Shown: piece after piece, positions 15,963 through 16,232 of the stretch
Position numbering within the stretch: the stretch's first letter is position 1
How the letters are laid out: each line of letters starts with the position of its first letter
From: a virus
Taxonomy: Duplodnaviria > Heunggongvirae > Uroviricota > Caudoviricetes
Length of the DNA stretch: 16,232 nucleotides
Reading direction: 5' to 3' (one strand)
Virus record (IMG/VR): IMGVR_UViG_2802429241_000006
Span: 1-16,232 of that record
Translations under genes and position numbers: made by a program
Notes under the pieces: generated by a model
Database searches by the model: none
Seen by the model: only the letters and a program-made list of their open reading frames with translations
What the model was told of the DNA's origin: nothing

Positions 15963-15992
15963 AACCACCTCCACAGGAGGTGGTTTTTTACT
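15963..15992 (+). terminator. Rho-independent terminator (plus-strand orientation)
   Basis: Perfect 10-bp stem AACCACCTCC / GGAGGTGGTT with ACAG loop, followed by TTTTTTA. Confidence 0.65.
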
Positions 15993-16046
15993 AATGGAAC
16001 ATTAATTGGTAGATGTGATTGTGTACGACTTATGGGAGGCTTAAGA

Positions 16047-16232
16047 TTATTTTCTGCCAATAATAAAACCAAGCGTTAACCCTATGCTTAGAGCGACCAC
16101 CACGCTAGTCAGTGGATAATTTCTAAATTTATCTTTAACGTTTTCTTTGCCTGCCTGCAAAGCATCGTCAGCACATGATGCATATTTTTTGACAGTATTA
16201 ACTATTTCGTTTTCAGATTGATTTGAAGTCAT
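16047..16232 (-). CDS. Small membrane-anchored protein, 61 aa as seen, possibly truncated at the window edge (ElaB/YqjD-like C-terminal helix)
   Basis: ORF begins at the last base of the window, so the true start may lie beyond it. C-terminus NYPLTSVVVALSIGLTLGFIIGRK looks like a single transmembrane anchor of the DUF883 type. Weak, motif-level assignment. Confidence 0.35.
   Translation of the reverse strand: MTSNQSENEIVNTVKKYASCADDALQAGKENVKDKFRNYPLTSVVVALSIGLTLGFIIGRK

Noticed and set aside
15672-16072. Minus-strand ORFs of 69 and 64 aa in the AT-rich region
   Set aside because: Hydrophobic, AT-driven composition; the terminator at 15963..15992 is oriented for plus-strand transcripts. Cannot be fully excluded.
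1-16232. tRNA gene, attachment-site core repeat, or IS/transposase
   Set aside because: No cloverleaf-like sequence or transposase-like ORF was recognised; the integrase 3' end is at the window edge, so any att site would lie outside the window.

Overview
This window reads as a segment of a lambdoid enterobacterial prophage, mosaic between Rac-like and Qin-like modules, annotated from the sequence and my recollection of E. coli K-12 prophage proteins; no database search was run. Left to right: integrase and excisionase (minus), a large exonuclease with a C-terminal DEDDh 3'-5' exonuclease domain, a KilR homologue, several small early-left genes, a CI-like LexA-type repressor divergent from a Cro-like and a YdaT/CII-like gene, an O-like replication initiator carrying two internal clusters of GTCACG iterons, then a moron region, then HokD-like toxin, Rem-like, YdfU-like (DUF968) and Q antiterminator genes, and finally an AT-rich region without a lysis cassette. 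The main hunt result is the moron at 9430..12228: a 932-aa single-gene candidate anti-phage protein with an N-terminal PD-(D/E)xK-like nuclease region, a central STAND-like P-loop NTPase, a long helical C-terminal region and a terminal SEC-C-type zinc motif, sitting where K-12 Qin carries relBE upstream of hokD. All domain calls rest on motifs read by eye and should be confirmed by profile and structure searches.
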